From: Nitrospirales bacterium
GTDB lineage: Bacteria; Nitrospirota; Nitrospiria; Nitrospirales; UBA8639
Direction: 5' to 3'
NCBI GenBank assembly: GCA_963422365.1
Contig: OY729426.1
Location: 2,368,001 to 2,432,000, forward strand
Length of the DNA: 64,000 nucleotides
The notes under the pieces were generated by a model that was given only the letters and a program-made list of their open reading frames with translations, made no database searches and was not told the origin of the DNA. Both the position numbers and the translations under genes were made by a program. Of the stretch, positions 19,498 through 30,181 are shown piece by piece. How positions within the stretch are numbered: position 1 is the stretch's first letter; every line of letters begins with the position of its first letter.

Positions 19498-20430
19498 TTA
19501 GGCACCTTGACTTAATAATCGGCCTTTTCCGCCCGGCCAAACCAACAGGAGAGGACTCGCCACAAAAACAGAGGAATACGTCCCAATGAGAACTCCCAGT
19601 AATAACGCGAGAGCAAAATCATGGAGCACCTCGCCCCCAAAGATCGTCAAGGGGACTAAAACCAGCACCACCGTCAGGGTCGTGACTAAGGTTCGGGTGA
19701 GCACTTGATTAATCCCAGTATTAATAATAGTCACAATAGAATCACGTCGTCGGGCACGAAAATTCTCTCGAATGCGATCGAAGACCACAACGGAGTCGGT
19801 CAGCGAGTACCCTGCCAGGGTCAGCAACGCGGTCACAACTAATAAGGTAATTTCTTTGTCAAGGAGATAATAGATGCCCAAGACGGCCAGCACATCATGA
19901 AAGGTCGCAATCGCCGCGGCAACACCGAATCGTAATTCAAAGCGCGTTGTCACATAGAGAATAATCCCTATCAGGGAAATGAGAATCGCCAGCAAGGCGT
20001 CCTGTTGAAGACGGTGCCCGATCGTCGGTCCAATTTCCGTACTGGAATCGATCACAAATTTGTTATGACTAAATTCTTCTTCAAACACCTCCACAATTCT
20101 TGCCGCAATTTTTTGTTCAAGCGTCCCTTCCGTCTTCATACGAATCAGCAGTTTATTATCCCGGGTAAATTCTTGGAGTTCCGCTTCACGAAAGCCATGG
20201 TTGCCAAGTACCTGACGGGCGTGTTCAAGCCCAATCTCATTCTCAAACTTTAATTGGACGGCTGTCCCGCCGGCAAAGTCAATTCCAAGATTGGCGGCTC
20301 CTCTCCCAATCTGAACAATGGCAATCAATCCAATCAACACCAGCACACTGGAGACACCAAAGGCCAAATGGCGTTTTCCCATGAAATCAATATTCGTCTT
20401 TCCAATAATTTCCAACATTCTCGGCCTCAA
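19498..20430 (-). CDS. secF: Protein translocase subunit SecF
   Basis: LGIDFAGG, IGPTIG, GYSLTDSVVVFDRIREN. Confidence 0.96.
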   Translation of the reverse strand: MRPRMLEIIGKTNIDFMGKRHLAFGVSSVLVLIGLIAIVQIGRGAANLGIDFAGGTAVQLKFENEIGLEHARQVLGNHGFREAELQEFTRDNKLLIRMKTEGTLEQKIAARIVEVFEEEFSHNKFVIDSSTEIGPTIGHRLQQDALLAILISLIGIILYVTTRFELRFGVAAAIATFHDVLAVLGIYYLLDKEITLLVVTALLTLAGYSLTDSVVVFDRIRENFRARRRDSIVTIINTGINQVLTRTLVTTLTVVLVLVPLTIFGGEVLHDFALALLLGVLIGTYSSVFVASPLLLVWPGGKGRLLSQGA

Positions 20431-20436
20431 GACAGG

Positions 20437-22077
20437 TTAAATGCTCAATCGTTCAAGCTTGCGTCGATTGATGAGATCAAAGACAACTTTGGTCCCGATT
20501 AATGCGGTAAAAAGATTGATCGCAATGCCCAGGCACAGGGTCACGGCAAAACCTTTAATAGGCCCGGTCCCGAATAAAAACAACGCCAACCCGGTAATCA
20601 AGGTCGTGACGTGGGAGTCGACAATCGTTAAGAAGGCTTTATCGTACCCTGCATCGACTGCTAATCGGACGGGGCGCCCTTGCCTGAGTTCTTCCCGAAT
20701 GCGTTCAAAAATTAAAATATTGGAGTCCACCCCCATCCCAATCGTTAAAATAATACCCGCGATACCAGGCAACGTCAGCGTGGCATTGAGTCCAGATAAC
20801 GCCCCTAACAAACAAACGAGATTCAAAGTCAAGGCCGCATTCGCAATCACGCCGGACATTCGGTAATAGATCACCATAAAGATCAACACGATCATACCGG
20901 CAATAATCGTGGTTTTCAGACCTTTCTCAATGGAATCTCGTCCTAACGAAGGCCCCACCGTCAGATCTTGTATCGTTTTCATCGGCGCGGGAAGCGCTCC
21001 CGCTCGGAGGACGATGGCCAGGTCATTCGCCTCGTCCGTGGTGAAGTTCCCAGTGATCTGAGCCCGTCCGCCAAGTATCGGTTCGTTAATGCGTGGTGCC
21101 GAATAGATCGTGCCATCCAAGACAATAGCCATGAACTTCCCAACATTGGCGCTGGTAATACGTCCGAATTCTTTCGCCCCTTTGCTATCAAACGTGACCC
21201 CCACATACACTTCGCTAAAGTCGGTGTAATTGACACGTGCGTCTTGCAACACATCCCCGGTTAACACCGCACCTTTTCGAATAAGAGATGGCCGGCTGAA
21301 CACCGAGACCCCGCCCTTGGGATCGGGGATGGGTTCAAACAAAATTTCCGAATCCTCAGGAACCTTGTCGGCAAATTTCTCCCGAATGCGTGGCTCTTCA
21401 CTGCGTTCGACTTGCACGGGCAACCCGAGTCCCGGTTCATTTTCCTCGTCGACCATTTTGAACTCCAGCAAGGCGGTATCTTGAATCAGATTTTTTGCCC
21501 GCTCAGGGTCCTTGACTCCGGGGAGTTGGATCACAAGGTCTGTGCGCCCCTGACGTTGCAGCAGCGGTTCCGTGACGCCGAACTGATCGATTCGATTTCG
21601 AATCGTCTCCAACGCTTGATTAATCGCAGAGTTCTTGATTCGGTCAACTTCATTGGCGAGAAGCTCAACGACCAAGGTCTGGCCTTCCTGGGAAACTTGA
21701 AAATAGGCAGGGAACGCCTCACGAATAAGCTCTGCGGTTTCTTCGACTGTTCCGTCTTTCGACAAATCAAGCTGAACTTGAAGGCCATTGACTCTTTCAA
21801 TGTTGTCAAAGGCAAGATCTTTGTCAGCTAAAAGGTCTTGCATGGCTTTGGCTGCCCGGTCGATGGCAATCTCGACAGCTCGATCTTCTTCCACCTCTAA
21901 CACCAAATGAATGCCGCCTTGCAGATCGAGGCCAAGCGAGACCCCACGAGGGGGAATCAGCCACTTGATGCTCTCTGGAATTCGGTCATAAAGCCCGGGC
22001 CAAGAGGGGAGAAAAAGATAGAACGAGACCACGGACAGGAACAAGACAAAAAACAGTCGGCCACGAATTTTTTTCAT
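20437..22077 (-). CDS. secD: Protein translocase subunit SecD
   Basis: LGLDLQGG, IRNRIDQFGVTEP, LRAGALPAP, GMGVDSNILIFERIREE. Confidence 0.97.
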   Translation of the reverse strand: MKKIRGRLFFVLFLSVVSFYLFLPSWPGLYDRIPESIKWLIPPRGVSLGLDLQGGIHLVLEVEEDRAVEIAIDRAAKAMQDLLADKDLAFDNIERVNGLQVQLDLSKDGTVEETAELIREAFPAYFQVSQEGQTLVVELLANEVDRIKNSAINQALETIRNRIDQFGVTEPLLQRQGRTDLVIQLPGVKDPERAKNLIQDTALLEFKMVDEENEPGLGLPVQVERSEEPRIREKFADKVPEDSEILFEPIPDPKGGVSVFSRPSLIRKGAVLTGDVLQDARVNYTDFSEVYVGVTFDSKGAKEFGRITSANVGKFMAIVLDGTIYSAPRINEPILGGRAQITGNFTTDEANDLAIVLRAGALPAPMKTIQDLTVGPSLGRDSIEKGLKTTIIAGMIVLIFMVIYYRMSGVIANAALTLNLVCLLGALSGLNATLTLPGIAGIILTIGMGVDSNILIFERIREELRQGRPVRLAVDAGYDKAFLTIVDSHVTTLITGLALFLFGTGPIKGFAVTLCLGIAINLFTALIGTKVVFDLINRRKLERLSI

Positions 22078-22095
22078 GCTGTTGCCCTTTGTCCT

Positions 22096-22422
22096 CTACC
22101 CTTCTTCATCCGTCCGTAACCGAGTAATATTCTCACGTTGAATCTTCACCTTCGTATTATCGTCAATGTGCACAGTGGCGGTGTCTTTCTCCAACCTGGT
22201 GATGGCCCCCCAGATGCCGGCGGACGTAATGATTTTATCCCCTTTCTTTAACTTGCGTAACATCTCCTTGTGCTGTTTTTGTTTCTTCTGCTGCGGCATG
22301 ATCAACAGAAAATAAAACACCACGAAAATCAAAATGAAAGGAGCAAAAGAAATCAACCCCGCCGCCCCCTCCGGTGCCCCTCCTGTTTGGGCCCAGGCTA
22401 TCGAGGACATCTCCATTTCCAT
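22096..22422 (-). CDS. yajC: Preprotein translocase subunit YajC
   Basis: FYFLLIMPQQKKQK...LKKGDKIITSAGIWG; lies between tgt and secD. Confidence 0.95.
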   Translation of the reverse strand: MEMEMSSIAWAQTGGAPEGAAGLISFAPFILIFVVFYFLLIMPQQKKQKQHKEMLRKLKKGDKIITSAGIWGAITRLEKDTATVHIDDNTKVKIQRENITRLRTDEEG

Positions 22423-23625
22423 TTAACCATCCTTTCCTTTTTTCGATCCCCCGGCAACGGTCGGATCACCGACGCCTACCAGTTCGGCATGCAAAGCACT
22501 TTTCGCACAATCACGGCGTTGTTCATAAAACCGCTGGCGAAATGCGAGAAAGGCGCCGGCTTGAATCGCCGAACGCATCGTCGCCATAAGCTCTCGATAA
22601 TACCAAAGATTATGAATGGTGTTGAGTCGCACTCCTAACATTTCATTCGATAGATAGAGATGCCGCAAATAGGCCCGGGAATATTTCTGGCATACCGGAC
22701 ATCCGCACTGCGCATCTATCGGGGACTCATCCTTCGCATGTTGAGCATGTTTGATCAAGACCCGGCCCTGAGTCGTGAATAACCATCCCGTCCGCCCATG
22801 TCGCGATGGAATCACGCAATCGAACATATCCATACCGCGCATGACGCCTTCGACAAGATCTTCAGGAAGGCCGACCCCCATCAGGTAACGAGGGTGGGAA
22901 GGGGGAAGCTCGGCGACCGAAACTTCAATCATGGCAAGCAGGGCACGCTTCTCTTCCCCTAACGATAAACCACCAATGGCGTACCCATCAAATCCTATTT
23001 CAACGAGATCACGGGCGGACTGTCGGCGAAGATCGGCATCCAGTGCGCCTTGCACAATGCCAAACAGAGCGTGCTGCCGGCCACGTGAGACCAAGACACA
23101 GCGGTTCGCCCACTTCGTCGTCCGCACGACCGAGGCCTGGGCTTGTTCTTTTGAACATGGATGGGGCTGACATTCATCTAATGCCATCATAATATCCGAT
23201 CCCAGGGCCATTTGGATTTCCATACACAATTCAGGGGTGAGATGGTGTGCCGACCCATCTAAATGAGATCGAAAGGAAATACCGTCATCCGTGATCTCAC
23301 GCAAATTCGCAAGGCTGACTAATTGGAAGCCACCGCTATCCGTTACAATCGAACCCTTCCATCCGGTAAATTGGTGAAGCCCGCCTTGCTCTTGAATGAG
23401 TTGATGACCGGGTCGCAAGTACAAGTGATAGGCATTACTTAACATCAACCCGAACCCCAAACCCTGAAGCTCATCGGGAGCAATCCCCTTCACCGTGCCT
23501 AGCGTGCCGACCGGCATAAACGCCGGCGTGTCGATGGTGCCATGAGGGGTAGCCAGAACGGCAGAACGGGCAGCGCACTGCGGGTCATGCTGTACAACAG
23601 AGAAGGCAATCACAATACGTGTCAA
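22423..23625 (-). CDS. tgt: tRNA-guanine transglycosylase
   Basis: TPAFMPVGT, TDSGGFQ, RYLMGVG, DMFDCV, Zn site CGCPVC...H. Confidence 0.97.
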   Translation of the reverse strand: MTRIVIAFSVVQHDPQCAARSAVLATPHGTIDTPAFMPVGTLGTVKGIAPDELQGLGFGLMLSNAYHLYLRPGHQLIQEQGGLHQFTGWKGSIVTDSGGFQLVSLANLREITDDGISFRSHLDGSAHHLTPELCMEIQMALGSDIMMALDECQPHPCSKEQAQASVVRTTKWANRCVLVSRGRQHALFGIVQGALDADLRRQSARDLVEIGFDGYAIGGLSLGEEKRALLAMIEVSVAELPPSHPRYLMGVGLPEDLVEGVMRGMDMFDCVIPSRHGRTGWLFTTQGRVLIKHAQHAKDESPIDAQCGCPVCQKYSRAYLRHLYLSNEMLGVRLNTIHNLWYYRELMATMRSAIQAGAFLAFRQRFYEQRRDCAKSALHAELVGVGDPTVAGGSKKGKDG

Positions 23626-23695
23626 TCAAGTTCTATGGATGTTTCGTTCACAACTGGAAAATCGTTTCCTCACTCACACAACCTCCGAACAATCT

Positions 23696-25483
23696 TTACA
23701 TTTTTTCCGGAGCACTGACGCCCAATAAACGAAGTCCATTTTTAATAACCGTTTGAACTTGTTTTAAAAGCACGAGTCTAGCTATGGTCAATTCCTGAGA
23801 TACAACTTCTTGAACCGGTTCGCTCGATTCCTCGCCATGATCGAGTCCACCAGACTCTTCCTCCTTGACGCCATCGACCCCGGGCGGGAGGACGCGATGT
23901 TTGTAATAAAAGACATGGAGAAATCCTGCAAGTTCGAGAAGATAAAACGTGATGCGATGAGGCTCCAAGGCCTTAGCACTCGCTTCAAGCAATCCGGGGA
24001 AACTCGATAACTGTTTCATCAGCCGAATTTCTTCCGGCTGCACCAACGCGAACAGTGGGGCCTCGCTAACCGGAGACACGAGAAACCCTTGTTCGTGGGC
24101 CATCCGGAATAAACTGGCAAGTCGCGCGTGAGCATACTGAACATAATAGACAGGATTTTCAGCGGATTGCTTCTTCGCTAATTCCAGATCGAATTCAAGA
24201 TGGGTATCCGAACGACGCATCAGAAAGAAAAACTTGGCTGCATCGGCACCCACTTCATCAACGACATCCTGAAGCGTCACAAATTCCCCGGCTCGTTTGG
24301 ACATCTCAACTTTTTTCCCGCCACGCAACAAACGCACCATTTGGACCAAGACCACCCGTAAGCAATCATTGCCGTAGCCAAAGGCTTGAATCACGGATTG
24401 CATACGCGGGACGTATCCATGATGATCCGCGCCCCAAATATTAATCAACCACTCGTACCTCCGACGCAACTTATCAAAATGATAAGCGATGTCTGAGGCC
24501 AGATAGGTATAGTCACCATCCCGTTTGCATACCACGCGGTCTTTTTCATCTTGAAATCGCGAAGACCGGAACCATGTCGCATCATCCTGTGTAAACACCA
24601 GATCCCGTTGTTGAAGATCATTCAGGGCTGCCTGTATCTTCCCTGAGGCAACCAGCGCCGACTCGCTATACCAAGTCTCAAACTCTACCCCAAAGTGCGC
24701 AAGGTCCTCTTTAATGGCTCGCACAAGTTCTTGAGAGGCCCATCGGCCACATTCTCGTCGTGCGTCTTCAAGGCTTACGGTCAAAAGGTGCGCACCCTTC
24801 TCTTGAGCCACGGCTTGGGCAAGAGTTTTGATATAGTCTCCATGGTAGCCATCCTCGGGAAAGGAAAATTCCCGACCGTGAATTTCAAGATACCGAGCAT
24901 ACACCGAGTCAGCTAACAGTTTCATCTGGCGACCCGCATCATTAATATAATATTCTTTATCGACTTCATACCCAGCCGATCTCAGCAATCTGGCTAAGGC
25001 TTCACCCAAGGCCGCCCCACGCCCATGGCCCATATGGAGCGGGCCTGTGGGATTTGCACTGACAAACTCCAAAAGGACTCGTTGCCCTTGTCCCATCGTG
25101 CTGTGCCCATACCGGTCGCCTGTCAGCTCAATCTCATCGAGTACGGAAAACCAACAGTCCGAGCGAAGCGTGAAATTTAAAAATCCGGGTGGCACCACCG
25201 ACACTGTTTCCAAAAAAGCGCACGAGGTTTGAAGTTGATCGGCAATCACGTGTGCCACTTCCAACGGCGGACGTTTTTCCTGTTTCGCAATGACCATGGC
25301 CACACTCGAGGACAGATCTCCCCATTCCTCACGTTTGGGAAAATCAACCGCAGGCTGAGGGAAATGTGTTGATTGCAATAAACCCTGTTGCTGCAGTTGC
25401 AGGAGGGCGTTGGTCATAGCAGAGGCCACCTGTTCTTGCACGATTCCAACGGACATGATTTTATCGTAAAAAGAGTCAGGCAA
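23696..25483 (-). CDS. argS: Arginine--tRNA ligase
   Basis: EFVSANPTGPLHMGHGR, WGADHHGY, MSKRAGE, YYVQYAHAR, APEKM end. Confidence 0.97.
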   Translation of the reverse strand: MPDSFYDKIMSVGIVQEQVASAMTNALLQLQQQGLLQSTHFPQPAVDFPKREEWGDLSSSVAMVIAKQEKRPPLEVAHVIADQLQTSCAFLETVSVVPPGFLNFTLRSDCWFSVLDEIELTGDRYGHSTMGQGQRVLLEFVSANPTGPLHMGHGRGAALGEALARLLRSAGYEVDKEYYINDAGRQMKLLADSVYARYLEIHGREFSFPEDGYHGDYIKTLAQAVAQEKGAHLLTVSLEDARRECGRWASQELVRAIKEDLAHFGVEFETWYSESALVASGKIQAALNDLQQRDLVFTQDDATWFRSSRFQDEKDRVVCKRDGDYTYLASDIAYHFDKLRRRYEWLINIWGADHHGYVPRMQSVIQAFGYGNDCLRVVLVQMVRLLRGGKKVEMSKRAGEFVTLQDVVDEVGADAAKFFFLMRRSDTHLEFDLELAKKQSAENPVYYVQYAHARLASLFRMAHEQGFLVSPVSEAPLFALVQPEEIRLMKQLSSFPGLLEASAKALEPHRITFYLLELAGFLHVFYYKHRVLPPGVDGVKEEESGGLDHGEESSEPVQEVVSQELTIARLVLLKQVQTVIKNGLRLLGVSAPEKM

Positions 25484-25506
25484 TTAAGGAAAAGCGGGTG
25501 GAAACT

Positions 25507-26604
25507 CTAACAGAACCTTTGGGGCCTCGCAAGCAAAGGTGCTCTTCGTGCACCTGTCGTCGGCGTTTGTTGTGCTTGTGTCCGGGTGACTTGATCCAAT
25601 TGTTTTTTCACGACTCTGACGACCTCTTCAACAGAATGAGTAACGCACACTTTTTCTCGACATTCCTGAACCTGTGTCCATGTTTGGCACCGACAGGCTG
25701 GCCCCGTTTCCACAACCACGTGTTCTCCAAGCGGTTGCCATTGCGCTGGATCCGTTGGACCAAAGAGAACCACGGTGGGCAGACCCACCGCAGCGGCTAA
25801 ATGCGTAAAACCCGAGTCATGACCAAGAAACACGTCCGCATGGAACAGGAAATGAGACATCTCTTCAAGAGTTTTCTCACGGAGAATACCATAGGATTTA
25901 TCATCTATTTTGCATAGGAGACGCTCCACACAAGCACGATCACTAGGACCTTCACAGATTAAAACCCTAATTTCAGGGTCACGAGCTACCTCCTGTACGA
26001 GGCGTCCCAGTACTTCAGAGGGAAGGCATTTATGGGGACTCCCGCTACCCGGGTGGATGAGCACGGTTTTGTTCTCATTCGTATAACCCACACCTTCGAA
26101 TTGAGAATCAGCATATCTTAGGCTCTTCACCTTCAAAGGGGAAAAAGAAATCCTTCGCCATCCCAAGGGACCTCCCCATGGCTTGAGCGTTTCCATATAG
26201 CGTTCCGACATATGACACGATTGCAACCTGGTATCTTTTGGTGAAATAAAAAGTACCTGCTGCACCCCAAGACTTCGAAAAGTGTGAGCCAGTCTTTTAT
26301 CCGTATCTTGGAGCCAGCCCACCATGTGGGTGGTGCGAGATAAAACCTCCCGAATCGAAGTCCGTAGCGTAGGATTGTCACAATACAATTCGCTCAAGAC
26401 TGACCCATCGATACTCCACACCTGATCGATTTCTCCACAACCCTGCAGCAAGCGGCCAATGTGGGGTTGTGCCATCAGAACAATCTCATGAGAAACAAAG
26501 GCCTGGCGAACCATTCTGATAGCGGGCAAGGACAAAAGAACATCTCCTACGGCTCCAGGATGGATGATCACAACAGTTTGCCGTTTCGATGAATCGCTCA
26601 TCAA
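25507..26604 (-). CDS. Glycosyltransferase family 9 (heptosyltransferase-like)
   Basis: GAVGDVLL, IHPGSGS..K, GHDSGFTHLAAAVG..TVVLFGPT. Confidence 0.9.
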   Translation of the reverse strand: MMSDSSKRQTVVIIHPGAVGDVLLSLPAIRMVRQAFVSHEIVLMAQPHIGRLLQGCGEIDQVWSIDGSVLSELYCDNPTLRTSIREVLSRTTHMVGWLQDTDKRLAHTFRSLGVQQVLFISPKDTRLQSCHMSERYMETLKPWGGPLGWRRISFSPLKVKSLRYADSQFEGVGYTNENKTVLIHPGSGSPHKCLPSEVLGRLVQEVARDPEIRVLICEGPSDRACVERLLCKIDDKSYGILREKTLEEMSHFLFHADVFLGHDSGFTHLAAAVGLPTVVLFGPTDPAQWQPLGEHVVVETGPACRCQTWTQVQECREKVCVTHSVEEVVRVVKKQLDQVTRTQAQQTPTTGARRAPLLARPQRFC

Positions 26605-27212
26605 TGGGAACTAGCGGGGGTGATTTTTCTCGCAAGTTCAAGATCAGCTGGTGAGTTCACATTCAAAAAGGAAAGAAGTTGGGGGTCCAGGATTTTAATC
26701 TCTGATTCAGAAATATGATGCACGGTAAGACCTTGTTTATTAGTAATATTTTGAAGACGCAGGTCTTGGGCCTCAATCATCTCCTTTAAAAATGGAAGGC
26801 ATTTTTGTGAATACAACCCGTGTAGAGGCTGAAGCCCATTCACCAATTGAGCGAGGACAATATCCGTTGCCTCGGCTTTTTTAGAAAAAAGCTCAATGAC
26901 AGCCGATTCTAGAAATGGCATATCACAGGCCACTACGAATACTCGCGAATATTGAGAATGATACAGTCCTGTGTACAGCCCTCCTACAGCCGCACAGCCC
27001 GGTACAAAATCAGTGACGATCTTGACTCTATCGTCTTGCCCCCCTATATCCTCTTCGGCCAACACCAATAACACTTCCTGGAAAACATCAAGCAAAACAG
27101 ACAGAACCCTGTCTAAAAGCGATTTCCCATGAACGGACACATATCGTTTATCCGTCCCCATTCTTCTGCTCTTCCCACCGGCTAAGACCACGCCTGAAAT
27201 ATCTTGAATCAC
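26601..27212 (-). CDS. mobA: Molybdenum cofactor guanylyltransferase
   Basis: LAGGKSRRMGTDK, VACDMPF, NVNSPADL. Confidence 0.93.
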   Translation of the reverse strand: MIQDISGVVLAGGKSRRMGTDKRYVSVHGKSLLDRVLSVLLDVFQEVLLVLAEEDIGGQDDRVKIVTDFVPGCAAVGGLYTGLYHSQYSRVFVVACDMPFLESAVIELFSKKAEATDIVLAQLVNGLQPLHGLYSQKCLPFLKEMIEAQDLRLQNITNKQGLTVHHISESEIKILDPQLLSFLNVNSPADLELARKITPASSH

Positions 27213-27225
27213 ATCATCACTCGCT

Positions 27226-27260
27226 AAAAAAAAGGGGGGTGGAACGCTCCACCCCCCTTT
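27226..27260 (-). terminator. Rho-independent terminator of the bd-like oxidase/cytochrome c operon
   Basis: Stem ggggggtgga/tccacccccc with an 8-nt T tract on the minus strand. Confidence 0.85.
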
Positions 27261-27290
27261 GGGGCTTTTGGCACTAGCCCGTAGCTAGGC

Positions 27291-29123
27291 CTATCCCTGG
27301 GGTTTTTTGCGCTTATTGGCTCGCCGTCCTAACACCCAACCTTCTACAATCACGATCCCGAAGGTAATCAGTGCCGGATAGAAATATGTCGTCATCGGAA
27401 TTGGGGGTTCCATCACCAAATAGTAAAAGGCCGATACCGCCATCTTCCGACCCACATCCCCATTGTGCCCATCCCACGCAAAGAACACCATCGGTATATA
27501 TTTACCCTGCTCTAAATACGCCACTTCATCATAGTCGCCCTTCAGCGGACGTTTCACAATCACGGTCCACTGCCCATTGGCCCACTCGGCTTTCACCACT
27601 TCGACTTCCTCCTGAAAGTCGACTTCGGTGAAGTCCTGATCCCAGCCAGTTCCTTCATACACTGCCAGGGTCCCATCCGCCGTCCACTTCGTCAAATCGG
27701 CAGCAAACCTCTCATCTCCCCACAGATAGCGCGGCTTCCGCGGCGCAGGCAGTTCCTGCCATTTGATAGGAAATTGGAAGGCCACCCCGTCGTTGTACAC
27801 CGCATACCCATCTTTTTGTTTGGCCGCAATCGACTCTTGATGGAAGGGGTCTTCCTCAAAAGTCGTTCCCTGCGGCGTTTGCTCTTCAACGCCGTAATCC
27901 GACAAGTTTACTTCAGTGGGATCCCAATCGACTTCTTCCTCTTGTACACTCTTGGTCCGGTCATCCCACCGGAAGAGAAACTCGATATGCGTATCGTTGT
28001 ACAACGCCCGGACCCACATATCGTCAATCCGGTTCACAAAATTCCTCGGCTTATGCGTAATCTGCCCGCCCATGGCAATCCACCGACGAGGAATCAGAGC
28101 CCAGCGATCATCCCGTTCATCCGTGGGCAGTTCGCCGTCGACATATTTCGACGGAATCACAAAGGTACTCTTGGGCTTGTCCGTCAAAGGATCAATCCCT
28201 AACGGCTGACTTTTCGAGAGCGTTTGCGCGATCTCCTCGGTTATCTCCCCCTTGGCAATCTCAATCTCCTGCTCCCGTTCACAGAGCGAATTGACATAGT
28301 TGGCGATGTCCCATCGTTCGTCCACGCTCGTATTGTCGGCAAACGAGGGCATCGGCGTCCCATTCAGCCCCGTCGAAAAAGTGCGGAAAATATTCTTCAC
28401 GTTGTAGGGATCTTGCCGGCTGCCTCGGAAGTTCCAGCATTTGTGCCAATCCGCTGGTTGGATGGAAAACCCCCAGTCATCTTTGAGGTTAAACGCATTC
28501 CCATCGCCCCGACCTTCCACACCATGACACTCGATACATTTCTTCTCAATCACCAACTCTGCTCCGCGTTTGATGGATTCTGGCGTCCCTGGCTTGGGTG
28601 GCAACCCCTCCAAGTCGAGCACGAAAAATTCTTCAAATTCTTCATCTTGCCACGACCGGTCTTGGACTAACTGCGTGGTCACGAACGCCAGCACATCCTT
28701 GCGCTGCTGCTCGGTCAGAATGCCTTCCCAAGACGGCATCGCCGAACCCGGCAATCCATGCGTAACCGTCTCCAGCAGATCCACATCAATCAGGGGCAAC
28801 TGCCCGCTGGCCGTGTGCCGAATCTTAAACGTCCCCGCATTGAAATTTCGAGGGCGCGGCCACAACCGCACCGCCCCCGGCCCATCCCCAGAGCCCTCGA
28901 CTCCATGGCACCACACACATTTGGTAAAGTACACCCGCTTGCCCGCTTCGATTTGCTCGGCTGCCGGCTCAGACGGGAAGCCTTGTTTGACAAATCCTTC
29001 TGGCAACTCTTCTTCCTGTCCCCAACTGCTCGGCGACATCCCTACCCCGAGCGCTATGCTCACGCTGACTATCACACTCCAACGGGCTACCGTGTTGGTC
29101 GAACGTTTCATCTTGCTCCTCAT
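27291..29123 (-). CDS. Diheme cytochrome c fused to an EB_dh domain, with C-terminal membrane anchor
   Basis: Signal peptide; CVWCH...MP and CIECH...MP class I heme domains; EB_dh motifs (DGVAFQFP, WTVIVKRPL, FFAWDG...GRK); C-terminal TM. Confidence 0.88.
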   Translation of the reverse strand: MRSKMKRSTNTVARWSVIVSVSIALGVGMSPSSWGQEEELPEGFVKQGFPSEPAAEQIEAGKRVYFTKCVWCHGVEGSGDGPGAVRLWPRPRNFNAGTFKIRHTASGQLPLIDVDLLETVTHGLPGSAMPSWEGILTEQQRKDVLAFVTTQLVQDRSWQDEEFEEFFVLDLEGLPPKPGTPESIKRGAELVIEKKCIECHGVEGRGDGNAFNLKDDWGFSIQPADWHKCWNFRGSRQDPYNVKNIFRTFSTGLNGTPMPSFADNTSVDERWDIANYVNSLCEREQEIEIAKGEITEEIAQTLSKSQPLGIDPLTDKPKSTFVIPSKYVDGELPTDERDDRWALIPRRWIAMGGQITHKPRNFVNRIDDMWVRALYNDTHIEFLFRWDDRTKSVQEEEVDWDPTEVNLSDYGVEEQTPQGTTFEEDPFHQESIAAKQKDGYAVYNDGVAFQFPIKWQELPAPRKPRYLWGDERFAADLTKWTADGTLAVYEGTGWDQDFTEVDFQEEVEVVKAEWANGQWTVIVKRPLKGDYDEVAYLEQGKYIPMVFFAWDGHNGDVGRKMAVSAFYYLVMEPPIPMTTYFYPALITFGIVIVEGWVLGRRANKRKKPQG

Positions 29124-29168
29124 TGGTTTACTCTGCTCCTCTTAGCAGTCGTTATCGCTCCGGCTCGC

Positions 29169-30134
29169 TTAATCCCATGTCCGGGGATAGTAACCTGTGT
29201 GCCAGTATTCAAACATGACCACCTTCCAGATTTCGTCCACCGTCAGGTGCTGCTCCCACGGGGGCATCACCGAGGCCCACGGGAATCCTTCTCCCGGCAG
29301 CCCAATCCCCCCTTTGGACACTCGCCAGAACACAAAGGTCTCTTGCAACTGCGCAATCGTGCCCGCATCCGTGAAATTTGCCGGGATCGGGTTAAACGCA
29401 TAGGCCCACAGCCCACGGCCATTCAAATTATCGCCGTGACAGAAATGACAGTTTTGAAAAAAGATTTCCCCACCTTCCCGCACGTACCTGATGTAGCCCT
29501 CGGCGTTCGGGTCCCACGGATTGTAGTTCGGATCGTTCACATCCTTCATCAAACGCCCCATAGCCTGCTCCACAATCCTGGCGTCGGTATACGCTTGGTC
29601 GTACTTACCCTCGCTATTGATCCGATAAGGGTTTTCCACCACTTGCAGCACAAAAGTCTTGCCATGCACTTTGGTGGTCGCCGGCGGCGCCGGATGCACG
29701 GTCCTCAACTCAATCGGTTCTTCAAAACTCGGCAAAAACGAGTTATACGCAAAGCCCCCTAACGCCAGAGGAATCACGACCAAGGCCACCGTGCGCATCC
29801 CCTTATGGAACCCGCTGATCCCATCCATCACGTTGAGGATCGGCCGCTTAAACTCTTGCCACTCGCCTTCCGACCCCGAGACCCACATGAAAATTCCGCA
29901 CGCCGAAACCGTGCCATAAATGGCCCGGACACTAAATGGAATGGGTGGATAAATGCGGTATTTCAAATACAGTTGGATGTAGATCCAGACGCCCACCCCA
30001 GCCCAAAATTTTGGAATGCCCATCCCTGAACGATTGAGCGCCCAATTAAGCAACGCAAAAACCAAAATCGAGCCGGCCAACTCCGAAATCATTTGCATCG
30101 GCATGTAGCCTTCTACTAACTTTAACCAGGTCAT
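29169..30134 (-). CDS. Membrane-anchored monoheme cytochrome c
   Basis: Four N-terminal TMs; CHFCH and distal SVMPPW. Confidence 0.88.
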   Translation of the reverse strand: MTWLKLVEGYMPMQMISELAGSILVFALLNWALNRSGMGIPKFWAGVGVWIYIQLYLKYRIYPPIPFSVRAIYGTVSACGIFMWVSGSEGEWQEFKRPILNVMDGISGFHKGMRTVALVVIPLALGGFAYNSFLPSFEEPIELRTVHPAPPATTKVHGKTFVLQVVENPYRINSEGKYDQAYTDARIVEQAMGRLMKDVNDPNYNPWDPNAEGYIRYVREGGEIFFQNCHFCHGDNLNGRGLWAYAFNPIPANFTDAGTIAQLQETFVFWRVSKGGIGLPGEGFPWASVMPPWEQHLTVDEIWKVVMFEYWHTGYYPRTWD

Positions 30135-30181
30135 CGTATTAAACTCCTGTTTTCTGAATGACAGAGTTTAAGGATTCGTTA

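Noticed and set aside
28758..29762. 334-aa plus-strand ORF
   Set aside because: Antisense to GC3-rich cytochrome genes; Arg/Pro/His-rich shadow composition.
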